A DNA stretch of 64,000 nucleotides. It comes from Phoronis australis. Lineage: Eukaryota; Animalia; Phoronida. This document shows positions 14,426 to 28,600 of this stretch, one piece after another. The stretch spans positions 62,001 to 126,000 of the forward strand of contig NMRA01000445.1 in NCBI GenBank assembly GCA_002633005.1, written 5' to 3'. The position numbers were made by a program, and so were the translations under genes. A model generated the notes under the pieces. It saw nothing but the letters and a program-made list of their open reading frames with translations, had not been told where the DNA came from and did not search any database. Numbering within the stretch: position 1 is the stretch's first letter; every line of letters begins with the position of its first letter.

Positions 14426-14805
14426 GAGACCCACAGATTCTCTGACTTGACTAATGAAAGACTTAAAAGGCCCTGTGGCCTGTGGCTGTGATTGTGCCAT
14501 GGCCGTGTCACCACGATTCATATTCACCCATGGCCATGGGAATGTTTTCCTAAAATTATCCCTGCGATCGTTAGAGTGACATTTTGATTTGGAATACATA
14601 GACTGCAAGTATCCAAAAAGCTGACGATCACATAGAACGTTAATCATAGTCCTCTTCCGCCGGCTGCCCAGTATGTCTAGCCTACACTGCAGACAACAGA
14701 CAGTGCCGGGCACCGGGAGTGCGATCGACTTGTCTAACAACCGTGAACAGAACACACAAAATGAAAGACAATGTATCATATTATTGAATAACAGATAATC
14801 CTTAC

Positions 14806-14903
14806 CTTTCTGGATCCTTAGGAAACCTACAAAATGACACGTCTGGGGTCTTCGTGGATGAATTCATGCAATTTATCGCACTGCAAAATGCATCCGTCCC
14901 CAT
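14806..14903 (-). pseudogene. THAP zinc-finger first exon (MGTDAFCSAINCMNSSTKTPDVSFCRFPKDPER)
   Basis: C-x4-C...F-x-F-P-K-D motif, then AG|GTAAGG phase-2 donor. Confidence 0.8.
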
Positions 14904-16519
14904 TGTTTTGGCGCTTCCTGGTTGACCGTAGCTTGTTCACCACTTGGCGGCGCTAGTAGTAGCGGTAACAGCGAACTCACAAGTGAACTCTCCTATACTA
15001 CTACACTCATTGCTATAACTATACGAACACCTTCCAATCACAGAAACCAACTTTCCATTTACACTCTTTGGCAATATGAAATTGGACTCAAAAGTCAATT
15101 TGTAGGTAATTTTAGAAACAGATCAGTGAATGGTCTATATCAAAACTTTGCTTCTTAGACGATACAACGGTTTATAGTCGTTTTAAATGTACGTTTATTG
15201 ATTCCCGAGGAGAAGGTAATACATAGGTGCCGCTCAGATGCCTGTGTTTTTAGCCACATCTAGATTTCCCGGGAAAGAGAGGATTTTTCAAATTAATTTT
15301 CAACGAAATAGTTCACTTCATGGTTAGGAACTATGTAAAAGGGTTAGAAGGATTCGACATTCTAATCGGCCCATTTTTATTAGGTAGATACTTTTTATCT
15401 CTAAAGAAAGTTAATAACAGCAAATGCTAACTAGTAACTATCTAGCAATGCAAATGGTACAACTTTCAGCATTCGTCTAACTTTGATATAATGATACAAG
15501 GAATATAAACATATTATTGCAACATTAAACAAACGTTTTATTTAGTAAAAGTCACGTTTCTTGCTGGACCAATTTTCAAAATTCAAAAACGTAATCATGA
15601 GTTCTTTTCACGAACTATTCAAATATGCTATTTACAAACTTTTGAAACGAAAATTTAAAAATATTATTGTCGCCTCCAATGTGTTTATGATGGGTCTCAT
15701 TATCTAAAGAACGATGACATCAGCAGCCTGAGGCGATTTAATTATCCACAACAGCATGATGTCTTTAATCTAAACCGGCAAATTCTGAGGTACGCAAACC
15801 GGTGGAGTTGCCCAATCTCGACTGGTTAGGATGTCAACGTAGAATAGTCATCATGGTCCTATCGTTACTGCTCTACCCATGTGTCTTTTGCGATGCCCGA
15901 AACTACACAAAGAAAGCCTTGCAACATTTCACTGATTAACCAACACCCCGCTATTTAAATTACCAGATAAAACCGGAGCTGAGGTTCTCCCATAGAAGAG
16001 GTATACCGGGAAATTCTGCTAAGACGAGTGACTTTTTCAGGACCAGTTTCCCTACGAAAGTTAGCCTTTCCAAAGGTGCCGTTTCTGACAACATTCCTAC
16101 AAAAGGATTCAATTTGATAATCCATAACTCCACAAAAGTTTTTTTCAACTACACAAATCTGTTGAAATTTTTAGTACTATCTACATTTTTTTTAATTTTT
16201 GATGCAAAAATGTAATTTGGCATGATCATTGCATGTTTCCTTATATAATTTCAGACTTAATGGGTCAAAAATTCAACTCTCCAAGTCTGTACGAAAGGAT
16301 GGGAATCCTAATTTTCCGACTGCACCCCTTGCCAAAAGTTTAGTCGAATACCCGCTCATGTTCACAGACCTACGATCACTTCAGGACGCGTGAAACACAC
16401 AATCTCAGCCGAGTAGCTTTTTACCACACAAAAAATTGAGACTAAACAAATGGGAAATTATTGCCCTTTTTATGTACCATGTTTACAAATAACAGTCATC
16501 GCAATATTGATAAATCAGA

Positions 16520-17610
16520 CTAGCGTTCACTTATACACAGCTGTCTGCTGATGGTTTGTGCACCTGGGCGCTGGGTCAAACAGGGAACAGTGTTTGCAGT
16601 GAACCTTTTGCTGAGCAGACGCACATCGCCGTATGAGACGGCCAGACGTGTATCGTGACTGTAAAATATGTACAGGCACGATCTGTGCTGAACACAAGGC
16701 CAGGTGGCCCTGTTTTCTTATGTCTGCGTCAGATGAAATATATTTCATCGTCAGCTGGCGATGTCCATGACACAACGTGTGTAACTTTTCTTTGAGATGG
16801 ACCATCACGCAATTCAATGGCACATTGTTCAATATTATTGAGGCACTCAATAGTTGTTTTTAGCCACGGTTGTATGCGTTTCTAGCAACTTTATTGTTTG
16901 GAAATTGGCGACTGGTGTGCTGGCTGGGCCACAAATATTTCCTGTTTCAATCTGTCCCGTGTCTCAGCCATTGTTTTTCTTAAACCTTCACTGCTTCCAC
17001 ACAGCATATTGAAATACAGCAGGAAATTCATCGAGAACCTTGAAATATACCGTTTGTATAAAATAAGATTGACTGAGACTTTCTTCCATCCAGAATCTGG
17101 AGTATTCTGGCCCTCAGTGGGAATTGGTGGTGATGGTCGTACATTGTCTGTTGGTTCATACATGCAAACTTTTTTTTGTGAAAATTGACCATTTTTCGTG
17201 TTTTCGAAATGACATATCATTTATTCAAGAGGCACTCCGATAGTGGCATCAAACTGAATATCACGGTCATGTAACAAGTTGCCATTATTTTCCCATTTTG
17301 TGAAATTATACATCATGTCAATGAGACCCCGTCGGATCGAAAGACGCTGCAATAGACCTAATTCACGCGGCGGTCATTAAAATCCAAAGCGAGGCTCACT
17401 GCGATAAACAAAGCGGAAGTTGACATTGCGTGAGTTAAAAGGCCGGACTTTCGAGTCCAAGTTGGATATAATATCTTTAAAATGTGTCGATAATTAACCA
17501 CGGAGAAGTAGAAAAATATATTAGAGAACAAGTCAATTCACCAAAGAGTTGTCTGAAGAAAGGGTGTAAGTTTTTTTCGGAAAACAATGTTCGAAACATG
17601 AAAAGTAAAT
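16520..17610. mobile_element. Decayed SWIM/YqaJ-type ORF fragments of ISL2EU/Kolobok-like DNA transposons
   Basis: Minus strand frameshifted C-V-C...HCKH (SWIM-like) near 16590-16660; plus strand KSCLKKGCKFFSENNV at ~17540-17600. Confidence 0.35.
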
Positions 17611-17754
17611 GTGACCAAATTGCGGCGATCGCAGTGTTACGGGTTAGGTATTATGCTGAATGCAGGATTACGTTTCTTCTTGTAAATTGTTGATAAAATG
17701 CTTTCCACACAAACCAGACCATCTGCTCGTATTGTTGACAAGTTGAAGATATAT

Positions 17755-17831
17755 TCGNCCACTTGGCGGCGCTAGTAGTAGCGGTAACAGCGAACCCACA
17801 AGTGAACTCTCCTATACTACTACACTCCTTG
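17755..17831. mobile_element. Isolated right terminus of the same P-like family
   Basis: Near-identical to 14936-15012; an n at 17758. Confidence 0.75.
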
Positions 17832-17858
17832 ATATTAGCGTCAAATGGCATGTACATT

Positions 17859-18018
17859 TAGATTGTTACATGGCGAAGTGGTTATCGCCCGTTATCTAGA
17901 GCCCGAGTGGATTTTGGAGAATTATCGCCCGAGTGGCGTGAGCCCCGAGGGTCTTTCTCCAAAATCCACGAGGGTTTTAGATAAGGGGGATAACGACTGA
18001 GAACATGTAAGAATCTAT
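17859..18018. repeat. ~160-bp imperfect hairpin (Crypton-like non-autonomous repeat)
   Basis: tagattgttacatg...gtggattttggaga / tctccaaaatccac...catgtaagaatcta. Confidence 0.6.
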
Positions 18019-21000
18019 TTATACCACATACTGAACGAGAAACATTGCAATGAATCGATCTACACTGTACCTTTCTCGACTCGCCTCGGCTTTGTAACTA
18101 CTTTCTATGTCAGAGGCCCGGAGTCGGAGGTCGTGACCTTTTAAGAAAACCCGAGCTATTTTTGTCAAATAATGCTTATACTCAAAAGCAATTGAAAATT
18201 TAAACAAAATAGAAATAAAGTGAATCTATAAATTAAGGTTTAGCAGTTATTATAGTTCACTACACATTTTATCACGCTAAGCTTCGACCGGGAAAATATC
18301 GTCTGCTAAAGTAGGTTACCAATAGTGACTGTATGAGTGTAATGCTCAAGTAAAAGGATCTCGACTACACGATACCCGCATTGAAGGTACACGAATTGTG
18401 GAACACATGCTTATCATTTGCTAGGGTAACAATTTTTGATTTGTTCATTCATATTAAAGAGGCCTGGAACGCGATCAGCTGTCAAAATATTGAAAGTGGT
18501 TCTCTGCCACTGAAATACACTTCAACTCTAGCAGGAATTTTTAGGGTTTGTTCGTCAAGATTTTTAATATCTATTGATATCAAAGCATTTTCTTTTAATT
18601 TCAAATTAAAAAAAAAAACGGCCTGTCAACTGCTCACAACTTCGTCGATCTTCTCCCACAAGGCAAAGCAGGTAACCTTATTTGATATGGCAAGACAAAG
18701 ACGTAGAACAATTCCCTCAAGCGACTTCAAGCAGCTGATTTTAAAAGCGTATGCGCCAATTTATCGTAAGTGGCAGGGAAATTAAAAAATCTGTGGTGAT
18801 CACAGTTTTTCCTTCGCGCATATTTTATAAAAAGTGAATTATGTGAGTTTTTTTTCTGGAATTTCCTAACAGGGGAAAGTGAATTACTCTGTACTAGACG
18901 TTGCAAGACTGTACTTTCGTCAGGAATTGTTTAAGATACATTTGTATTTTTGAGGAGCTTTCCTGCTAGACAAAATTTTACATTCAGCATGTGGGGGATT
19001 TTGAAATATTCAATTTTGTCACGAGTATCGCATTTCGTAGGAAGCAACGGAAAACACACTGTTAAACGTTAACTACGATTTTGCCCTTGAATTCTAATGC
19101 TGAAGTAGCCTAATTACATATAAATTAGACGTCTCTTACAGTCAGCCTCTGAGAATACCTAGTGGGGCTCATTATTTCTTATCAATATTGATTTTGTGTG
19201 TCGTCTTGGGCAGCAAGACTCATAAGTACTTCTTTACATACAGGTTAGGGGAAATCGGGACCAATTTGGTGTTGAGGAAAGAAAATTGGCCATACCTCGA
19301 ACAAAAAACAAGATATAACACTAATTACTGACTTGACATGAATCACGATATTTCTAGCTTGGTATTTTTCTAAAAACGCTCAAACGTTGTATACCTAGCG
19401 GCTAAAAATAAAAGTTTCACCAACTTTTTCTTTTTGACCGCTAAACAGAAAAACCAGCTAAGCAGAATAATGCTTTCTTCTTGTTAATCTTTGACGAGAA
19501 ATTCGGCCTTCTCGCGTCCCCAAATACCTAGCGCGAGAACATCGCATCGGTCAATGGAAAGAAAGCAAAGAATTATAGCCATTTCAAAGAACAACAAAAT
19601 CTTGAAGAACTGGAGAGCGGTCAAGTCTTAGATGGGAACCCACAAAACCCCAACAGTGAAAAATGGCCATGACAACGCCACCTTAAAATCCCTACGACTA
19701 TGTTCAAATAGAAGTCAGGCAATAGAATATGATACAACTTTAACATGAATCAGGCGAGAAATGTTACTAGCCTTGATCATGATGACAAAAATAAACAAAC
19801 AATTCACTGAAGACAAACAAAGACGCTATCAATCGCTATCAACCCACGGGAAGAATGAAACTCAATGACTTTTTCAGTAATAATTTATTTTTGACTGCCA
19901 TAGCAAAGAGGAGATTAACCAATGCATGCTGCCCCGCCCTTAAATCACATCAACGAACAGAACAAGAACTACGTGAACAATTCAGTAAAATGTCACAAAA
20001 CTGCTTTACATATTTCCATAAGAACAAAATGTACACTTGGATCTAACAAATGTACATATTTACATATAACTTCGACTACATTCACGTCTTGACAATAATA
20101 TTTTGAATATTTACAGCGTCACCACGAAGCAACCGCAAGGGCCCTCAAAATTTTCAAAAGAATGCGCTCATATTAGTTTACACACATATCAAATTGTCAA
20201 GAATTTCCTACTGAACTCCTACCTGTATGAAATATGTCCATTTTCACAATTTCCCCGGAATCAGTTCGAAAACATTATGGCAAACATATTTTTAAGTAGT
20301 TTTTAAATCATGCAGTACACATGGACCAATCGTCTTGCACACGATCATGCTGCCTTCAAATATACAGGGTGTCTATTAATCAAATGCCTCTCTCTCAGAA
20401 TGTGATCAATAGAAGCTAATGAAGAATAATCATTGTAAATTGCTTGTATTTCAGTACCAGCTCATATACACAATTTTAGGCCCATGTGCCTGAATGTCCA
20501 GCCGTACCTGGATTCAAAATAAGGCACTTTCTTATCTAAGTGAGAAAAGATGGAGTTGGATGTGACTGAAGGTGCTTACAAGTAAGAGTCTGAGAATTAA
20601 TGGAATTATAATCGAACGCAATGCGAGTGAACAATTTCAATATCGATGTGCCAAGGCCCATTTCGATTCCGTTCTTAGTTACAATTTTTGCCCTTAGGTG
20701 TCTAACAAATTGAGACTTAATCGTATTCTTTGATTAGTATTATTGAGATACTGAATAGCTAAACAGTTCAAGATCCTACATTAGTTTGAATCATATCATA
20801 TTTAACAAATTTGTTGCTAAAACTGATACATTAGAGAAAAAATGGCCCAAAAACAATTATCCACCAGAAAGTAACTAAATTCCTCTTAAAAGAAGAAGCG
20901 AACTGAATTCCCAAAAATGTGAATTGTCCCACTCCCATTCACGAGTTTTCAATTGAACGGCATTTCCTCAAGATTAGTTGTCCAAAGAACTGAAGAAGCC

Positions 21001-22443
21001 ACCAAGGGCAACAGATCTGGGTCTGACTTTTGACTTTGCCTCTCACCCTTATAAAACTGGTCACATGTGCTACCTTACTACGATTAGAAAAGAGGGTTGA
21101 GTAGAACAGTCACGTTGTTATTGCCTAAGGCCACACACCCAATAAGTTTCCAAGGCAACATGGTTGTCATGGGAATTCTGGATAATTTGCTGGCAGGATA
21201 GTAATGCGATGACCTTGGGTTGGAAGACCAAATAATTATACCCAAGAGGAATGCTGGCATTTACACCACAACATGGGCTATTACAGGGACTTTCATTTTT
21301 CCGATGACACATCTTTCTATTCACAAACTAAAGTCAATCAAGACAAACTCTAAAATATTCAAAAAAATACCGGTAACTAAAATTGCCACTAAGTTGCGTA
21401 GATTCCACCAGAACCTGTCTAAATATTAGCAATTGCCATCCTATACTAAATAGGTTTTATATCTGCTAAATAACAAGCCCCATGGTCCCAATAGTCAATT
21501 AAGATTAAGCCTCTGGAAATGAAAGTTCCTTGCTGCTCGGATATTGATAACACACAATAGGACCACGGGGAATTAGATAAAAGAACTATATACAAGTAGA
21601 AATGCAATTTGTCATCAGTTTTTGCACATATCCATTGACAGTAATCATTGTCACAAATGACGAATATCACAACATGTTCGTTTAATGACTTGACACCCCG
21701 AAATCTTGACTGGCACTACAGTCAAATCGTGCAACAGCAAACGTGGGTTATAAAATAATATATTCCGTTATAACACTCAGGTTCCATTTTTTTCCACTGC
21801 ACTTTGTTGCCAATGAACATGGCAACAACGTTCACACAACTATCAGGTCCTGAAGATATCTTCACCAGCAAAACCAGGGCATGGGTGCCAAAAATGCATA
21901 ACACGCACACTCCCCAAATTCGTATGTATGCCCATCCTGCAATGCACAGATACGCGATATGCAGAGTAAAGATATCACCGACTTGTACATGTACACGGGC
22001 CTGTGCATCTGTAACCGACCAATCAATTCATTTGCTTTCCACAGCTAACAGCTCTATAGCACGACTATCTACAGGTTTTCACAGAAAATCTGAGATATGT
22101 ATTAACAACAGTACCACGGAGCTTAGGCCAACGTGAGTGAAGATATGACTTAGGTTTTGTTCAATGTTTACTGTGCATGTGACGGCCTGCATGAATTTCA
22201 CATTTTGACCAATCAAAAATAACTCTACGACTGGTATTCTTTGGTCCTTGATTTCTCACACCCAACCATGATCACAATCAGCGCTGTAAAGGTCATGATA
22301 GATTTGATACAACAGTTCGACTGTACAACTTGGGGCACACAAAAAAACAGACGTATGATCATATCCTTGACTTTAACTTTCATAAAATTAGGTAGTAGAC
22401 AAAGGGTGGAACCTACATGTATCAATCAAAACCCATCACCTTG

Positions 22444-22662
22444 TCATGATTCATAAATGGGTAGGGGGTGCGCCTCTGTGTTGAACACCCACTTGTCAAG
22501 TGGCAACAATGAAGGATCATCGCTGAACAACAAATACAAATACTTCAACGTCTCGCCCAAGAAGAAGCTCTCCATTTTGTCTCGGTGACGTGGGTTGTTG
22601 ACATCCTTTACATTGCTGACAGATGAATACCCCTCCTTGAGCTTTGTATGCTTCTCAAAGGC
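22444..22662 (-). CDS. MAN1B1: MAN1B1 exon 12 (terminal)
   Basis: AFEKHTK...[23 protein letters not shown]...[17 protein letters not shown]. Confidence 0.95.
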   Translation of the reverse strand, partial: AFEKHTKLKEGYSSVSNVKDVNNPRHRDKMESFFLGETLKYLYLLFSDDPSLLPLDKWVFNTEAHPLPIYES

Positions 22663-25600
22663 CTGAAAGAATTTAACATGTCTTTTATAACTACACAGTT
22701 ACAGACGTCAATTACAAGAAGTGCCTTTTCATGTTGCCTCCCTATCACAATCCAAGATAAGCACTGCATCATGACCTGATAGAACTTAGGTTACAGGCCA
22801 AAAGTATTCAGACAAAATGACCCAGACAAAATGACCCAGACAAAATGACCCAGACAAAATGACCCAGACACAATTACCCAGACAAAATGACCCAGACACA
22901 ATGACCCAGACACAATGACCCAGACACAATGACCCAGACAAAATGACCCAGAATTCTCCAACATGATGGCTGAGCAGAAGGTGAATTCATCATACGAGTA
23001 GCCCTCCCTCGTGACCGAGAGTGAAAACTAATAAACAGGAAAATTAACACGATGACCAACCCATTATGTAAATAAAAATTATAATTTTGCAGCCATAATA
23101 GTCACCAGCAATATTGGCTGTTACATAATCAACAGACACTCATCAGGGGCGGACCCAGGATTTTGAGTTGGGGGGGCACGGCAGAGTATTACCCAGGATT
23201 TTGCCCGTCAGACATTCACATCCCCAAACTACCAAATGGAATCTGAGAGAATGTTGGGGGACAGGGTGGGNAGAACATAAAAGCATAAGGCATTTATTTG
23301 GTGCTACTTAATCCTTTCTGAAAAACAAAAAAATTATTTCACTTATAATTTCTATTGCGTCGCCAATAGGTAAGATTTTGTCGTAATTTTCATTTTGAAT
23401 TCCCAAACTATTTTTCCATACAGACTCTAAGCAAGTTTTGTTGAATGGTTATACTTGCATACTTTTGCGCAATGCTCAATTGTCTGCCAGAAATAAGTGT
23501 ATCCAGGACTTTAACCAGTGACTCTCAAATATGAGTCTATGAGTAGGAATCACACCACTGATCTACATGTGTTATCGCCTCATAATCGTCTCCTCGTGAT
23601 TGTCAAATCGTGATCGTCTCCTCATGACCGTCTAGTTGTGATCGTCTCCTCATGACCGTCTAGTTGTGATCGTCTCCTCATGACCGTCTAGTCGTGATCG
23701 TCTCCTCGTGACTGTCTCCTTATCGTCTCCTTGTGATCGTCTGCTCATGACTATTGTGGGCCTCCATAGGAAGCATTCTACATTCAACTCAGGACTGGGA
23801 GAGTACAAAACAACCCTCTTTCACTTGACCCAGTTTCTAATTCTGGCGTGGGAGACAGGCTGCATTGACAGAGAGAATGGTAATTTTTTCACTAGCTGAC
23901 ATTTTAAAATGTTGGATATTTGTGTATTGATTATTTGACCGTATTTGCCATAATAACCGCCCAAGGGCGATTAAAAAATTCGTTTCGGGGGGAGGGGCGC
24001 TTATTATAACCCGAGGCCGTTGAAACCCGGTCTCCGAAATGGGTGAAATCGGAAGCTAAGATTCATTATATTTACGCTCTGCGACATATGAAAGACTTTC
24101 TACAAAACTGTGCTGTATTGCTATCAAACTTTGTAGCTAAATTACGATCATTTTACAGAATATTGTGCTGAAATCTCAGGGCGAAAACTCGCCGACTGCC
24201 TGCCTCGCAATCGTCGATATGGCGACTTGAATGCTTGAATAAAAATACAGTTTCGACTCAAGCAAATTAACTGAAATCCTCCTTAAGTTTTCCAAGTTTG
24301 GCGTCCCTAAGATTTTTAAGTTCCCGTGGAGTCGGGGATCATGGCAGGTTTAAGTACAAATCTGTGCTGATATCGTGCCATCTATATGTATGATCGGCAA
24401 CATGAGAAAAATGTCTGGACAAACACACGTTGTTGTCACGTGACATTTGTTTTGAAGTTGTCTACGTTTGTGTTATCAGAGTTCATTTGCCAGAGCAGAG
24501 ACCATTTTGGCCAGAGCCACGCAATCTAACGAGCTAGATGTGCATTGTATCTATAAAAGAAATTTGCACAAGCAGTTGGCCTAAACCAGAGCATGTTTCA
24601 TTCAGCACGTGCCGGTCTCATGTGCTACAAACGTTCAACATTTGTCTTGATAAGGTCATATTAGTCGCCGGTGGCTGGATGCGTACGTGACTATCTGACA
24701 GTTATTTTCCGGTGTAAGGGTGTGTAAGCATTCACTGACAGTGGTTATTTTATCGGATATTTGGCTTAAAAACACCAATTATGGTTAATCAAACAATTCA
24801 TTTAAAAATAACGCAAACATTTTTATAGTACGAGAAACTGTCAAAAATTAGTGCCAATATTCATTTCTTGCCGATGCTATGCTACCCGTTTCATGAATGG
24901 ATAGTTCCCGACTAATGCCTTTGATGACAGGTTCATATATGTAGCGCGCTCTTCCTGGCCACATGCTTTTAACACTGTTTATTAGTCTTCGATTTGCGAT
25001 TTTCACGTGTAGGCCTACAAAGAAATTTGGATTCCAGTTGAAAGCGGGAAATATCAACAAAGCAATCCCATCTACAAGTACACTACTTCTGTTCTGAAAG
25101 GCCAGACCATTGGTCCTCGCAATATCAGCAGAACTTTTGTGTTCGTTTTGAGGCATGGCTTAAGTTTGAAGTGTATAGTCACAGATAAATACCGACATAA
25201 CGGAGGGGGCTCGTGGTCTACAAATTCTGCGCACTATGATTTTTTCAGGACTGTCGGATATTATTGATAAATTGAAGATGTTACTGTAGAATTTTAGGAC
25301 TGTAGGTAAGGCATTTTTTGCATGTACACGTTCATGGACTGGGCGCTTATTTTAGAAAAGTCTGAAAACGTGTGGGGGGTGCTTATAGGGGCATGGGCGG
25401 TTATTACGGCGAATACAGCGAATATCCCATTGTACAACAGAGGCAATTTGGGGACACGATGGTGGCAAAGAATTAAACGTTGGCATGTCCCAGTGCATTA
25501 AACCTCATATAAGAATGCAGAATGCTGGCCACCAACTACTCTACTGCCATATAGTGACAAGGCGTATTTCACCATGTCACCTCTACATCCTAAGATGGCG

Positions 25601-28600
25601 ACTGAATGCATTGATCTTACGAAAGTTTCCATGGGTTTTCCAGGCATAGAACATATGTTTCCCATGGCCTAAGTTTCCCAGTGCCCTATGATAAGTGGAG
25701 ACCACACATACCTGGAAGATCTTCCATCCCCAGTAGCGGTACTGCTGTTCTCCGGTCAATCTGTACATGTAGAACAGGCTCTCGACAGTCTCCGGTCGCA
25801 GGAGGTTGTGAGAGTCAGCATGCTGCAAAATTGAGCAATTTATAGCAGACCGTAGCACATAACTTCAACAGCATGCTGCACCTATCAACAAGACCAGTTG
25901 GAACCATTGCAAATAATGGTTAGTGAATATTCCAGACAAGAACGGACTTATCTTAAGCTTTTCTTACCGTCTTTGTCCAGCATCAGTCACAATGATACAC
26001 AGACCAATCATCAACCCCACTTCAAAGTTATTGCTAATGGGGTAATTACCCTGTGGCACACAAAAGGAACTTACACTGGCTTTCCTTACAATGTGGCCTG
26101 CTGATGGCGCCGGCAGAGTATCTAAGGACTTAAGGATTGCAATGTTACGACTGAACAAACTTTATGAATCAGAGACATTGTAACATGGTTTGACTGTAAT
26201 AAGTATTGTGAAATTACATTTAAAAAAGAATTAGGAAAATCATTACGTACCTTGACGATGATGTCGTCCAGGGATGCACCCGGCATCATGTTGAAGTGAG
26301 TAATCTCGGGACTCAGTCCCGTAGGCATACGAGAGTACATCTCGTAGCAGGTCTGCATCAGTTGCCTTGCCAACATCATGTGATCTTTGCCGAGTCCAAG
26401 ATAGCTGCCCAGGGCCAGAGTGCCCGGCAGGAAACATACAAGGTGATCCTTCAATAGCAAAATTAGAAACTGTATTCAGGCTAATGTATAATGAAGAAAA
26501 ATGTCCAAATTAGGCTAAATTTGGAGCCTCATTTCTCAGAAGTGGCTGATTAGATTCATAAGAAACTTTCAGATACAACGCTAAACATACACTGTTCTCC
26601 AATCACTCCACTTTTGCATAAGGGGTTGTCATAAAATAAGAACTTTTATGACTTTCATGAGAAAAATTGCATTAAAAGAAAATGAAATGATAACTTTAGG
26701 AAAGTGTAACAGCATTTTTGAGATTTCATTTAATATACAGGAAATGAAATTTGGTTGTGCTATCGATACTGCTGATTTGCTGTCAACTTTCCTTTCCTGT
26801 TGGCTACATTTTACCAAAAAGAGGTGCTCACGAGACCAAAGAAACGAAAGATTAATAAAAAGTCCCCTCAAGTAAAAAATCAAATGCTATAAATTAAGTT
26901 TTCCACTTTCTGAAAATATATACATTTACAATTTAAAATACATATTTTTATACAATTGGCAAACATTTGTTGAAACGTCTACCCAACCTTAACAGAAAAA
27001 GATTTTGGTGAAGCCAATAACGGCATTTGTGTGCTACAGTGATATTCACTCCAGATCCTGATTAGCATAATGTTATGCAGCGAATAATAATTGATAATGA
27101 CCTGATGCCCAACCATGCCAGGCATTCAACTGCAGATCATACAAAAAATAGTGATTAACTTTGATAACAATTCATTGAACAAGGATATTGCCATTATCAA
27201 AATATACTCCTAGCAAAAAAGGACTTGAAATTTATGTTGATGCTGCGGTTATACAATCATTTATCACAAAATTACCTTTAGTTTGAAGAATGCACTTATG
27301 CTGTGTCCACTCACCCAATACAAAGAACCAGTCAAATATAGCCGACATTTCAATTTCAACCATTTCCTATCGTCTGGATAGTACTCACCATTTTGGGACT
27401 ATACGATTTTCCATTTAAAAGTTCACCAACAAAAACCAGTTTGTTGGGCTCAGAATTCCTCACCAGGTGCCTCTGCATGCCACTCACAGCTTGCAAATAT
27501 TCTTGTTTCATTCTGAAAGCGAATGCAATGACAAAAACGTAATTACGCCATGAATTTGTGTGCAGAGCCAGACATAAAATAATACACATAGTTTTACACA
27601 CTCACTGAGGTGACTGTATTCAATTTTTGGGTGCAAGTCGGCTCAGTGCCTAGCTCGTGTCACAGCGTGAAGTACTGAACAATCTAGTGGATAGATCAAC
27701 CGATTGTGGTTGTACTTTCCTGCTTTGACATGTGCTTTCACCACAGCTAATGTTCACTTGAGGCAATCAGCTGAGATCTCAGCTCTCCATGTTGTAGAAT
27801 ATGTTTGGTAAAACCTGCCATCTGTTGGCAGCACGCTGTATTAGAGTTGCTAGTCATTCTGCAATTCTGTCATTTGATTCATCTTTCATGTTCAGATGGC
27901 AACACCCATTGTGAGAAATTTATGGATCACACAAAACCTCCAATGACTGCTGCTTTTTTACTTCTGACACGAAGAGCGGGGAACCCGGGCCATGCACAAT
28001 ATTTTGTTTCAAGTGCATTCCCCCTCTCATTTTGCTTGAACAGCCCTTAGTGGCACCAATGTTAAGACATACAATAGTCACTCACCTGTCATTGGATCGG
28101 CCTGTCTGAACCCACTGCTTAAAGAGGTATTCGTAGTAACTGTCGCCCCTGGCGCCCAATGTGATTGTACCAGACGACCGAAACTTGCCCGTCTGCGCAT
28201 TGATGAATATCGGGACCAGCCCGTCTTTTTTTGTTAACTCTTGTATGTGCTTCATAACACCATCAGCTGCATCCTGTAAGTGCGACACTCAATGTAAGTG
28301 CTTCATAATACCATCAGCTGCAGACACTTAAGGTATATACATGCAAGGCGTGCACTAATGACAACATTTCTGCATGACATTGTTTACTTTAAGATGCTAC
28401 AAACCCATGTTCCATCAAAAAAACAAACTTACCGCAATGAAACTGAACTCCATGGAGAAATGCTTTCTGGGCTTGAAAATAGCAGACACCTTTTTGGCAA
28501 GTTCAGTTTTTTATTTGCAATGAAAAACCAACAAGTACCGCATTTTCATCAGTAACTGAACAAAGTTCATGAACATTTGGAAATTTAGAGTTTTTTATTG

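Larger units (their letters stand above)
13322..15012 (-). mobile_element. P-element-like DNA transposon with THAP exon (interrupted by assembly gap)
   Basis: TIRs CAAGGAGTGTACGAGTATAGGAGAGTTCAC / GTGAACTCTCCTATACTACTACACTCATTG; 7-bp TSD CTATAAC at 13315-13321 and 15013-15019; THAP exon inside. Confidence 0.8.

Noticed and set aside
13546-14779. Long ORFs (277-391 aa) in the ORF track
   Set aside because: Artefacts of translating through the N gap.
18381-18785. 134-aa ORF
   Set aside because: No recognisable domain or splice context; likely decayed repeat sequence.
22809-23752. Short tandem arrays as CRISPR-like arrays
   Set aside because: No unique spacers, no cas genes, eukaryotic intron.
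26050-26121. Possible extra/poison exon in MAN1B1 intron 10 (ccttag...GTAAGT)
   Set aside because: Flanking exons join cleanly with conserved GH47 sequence; in-frame stop; no support without RNA data.
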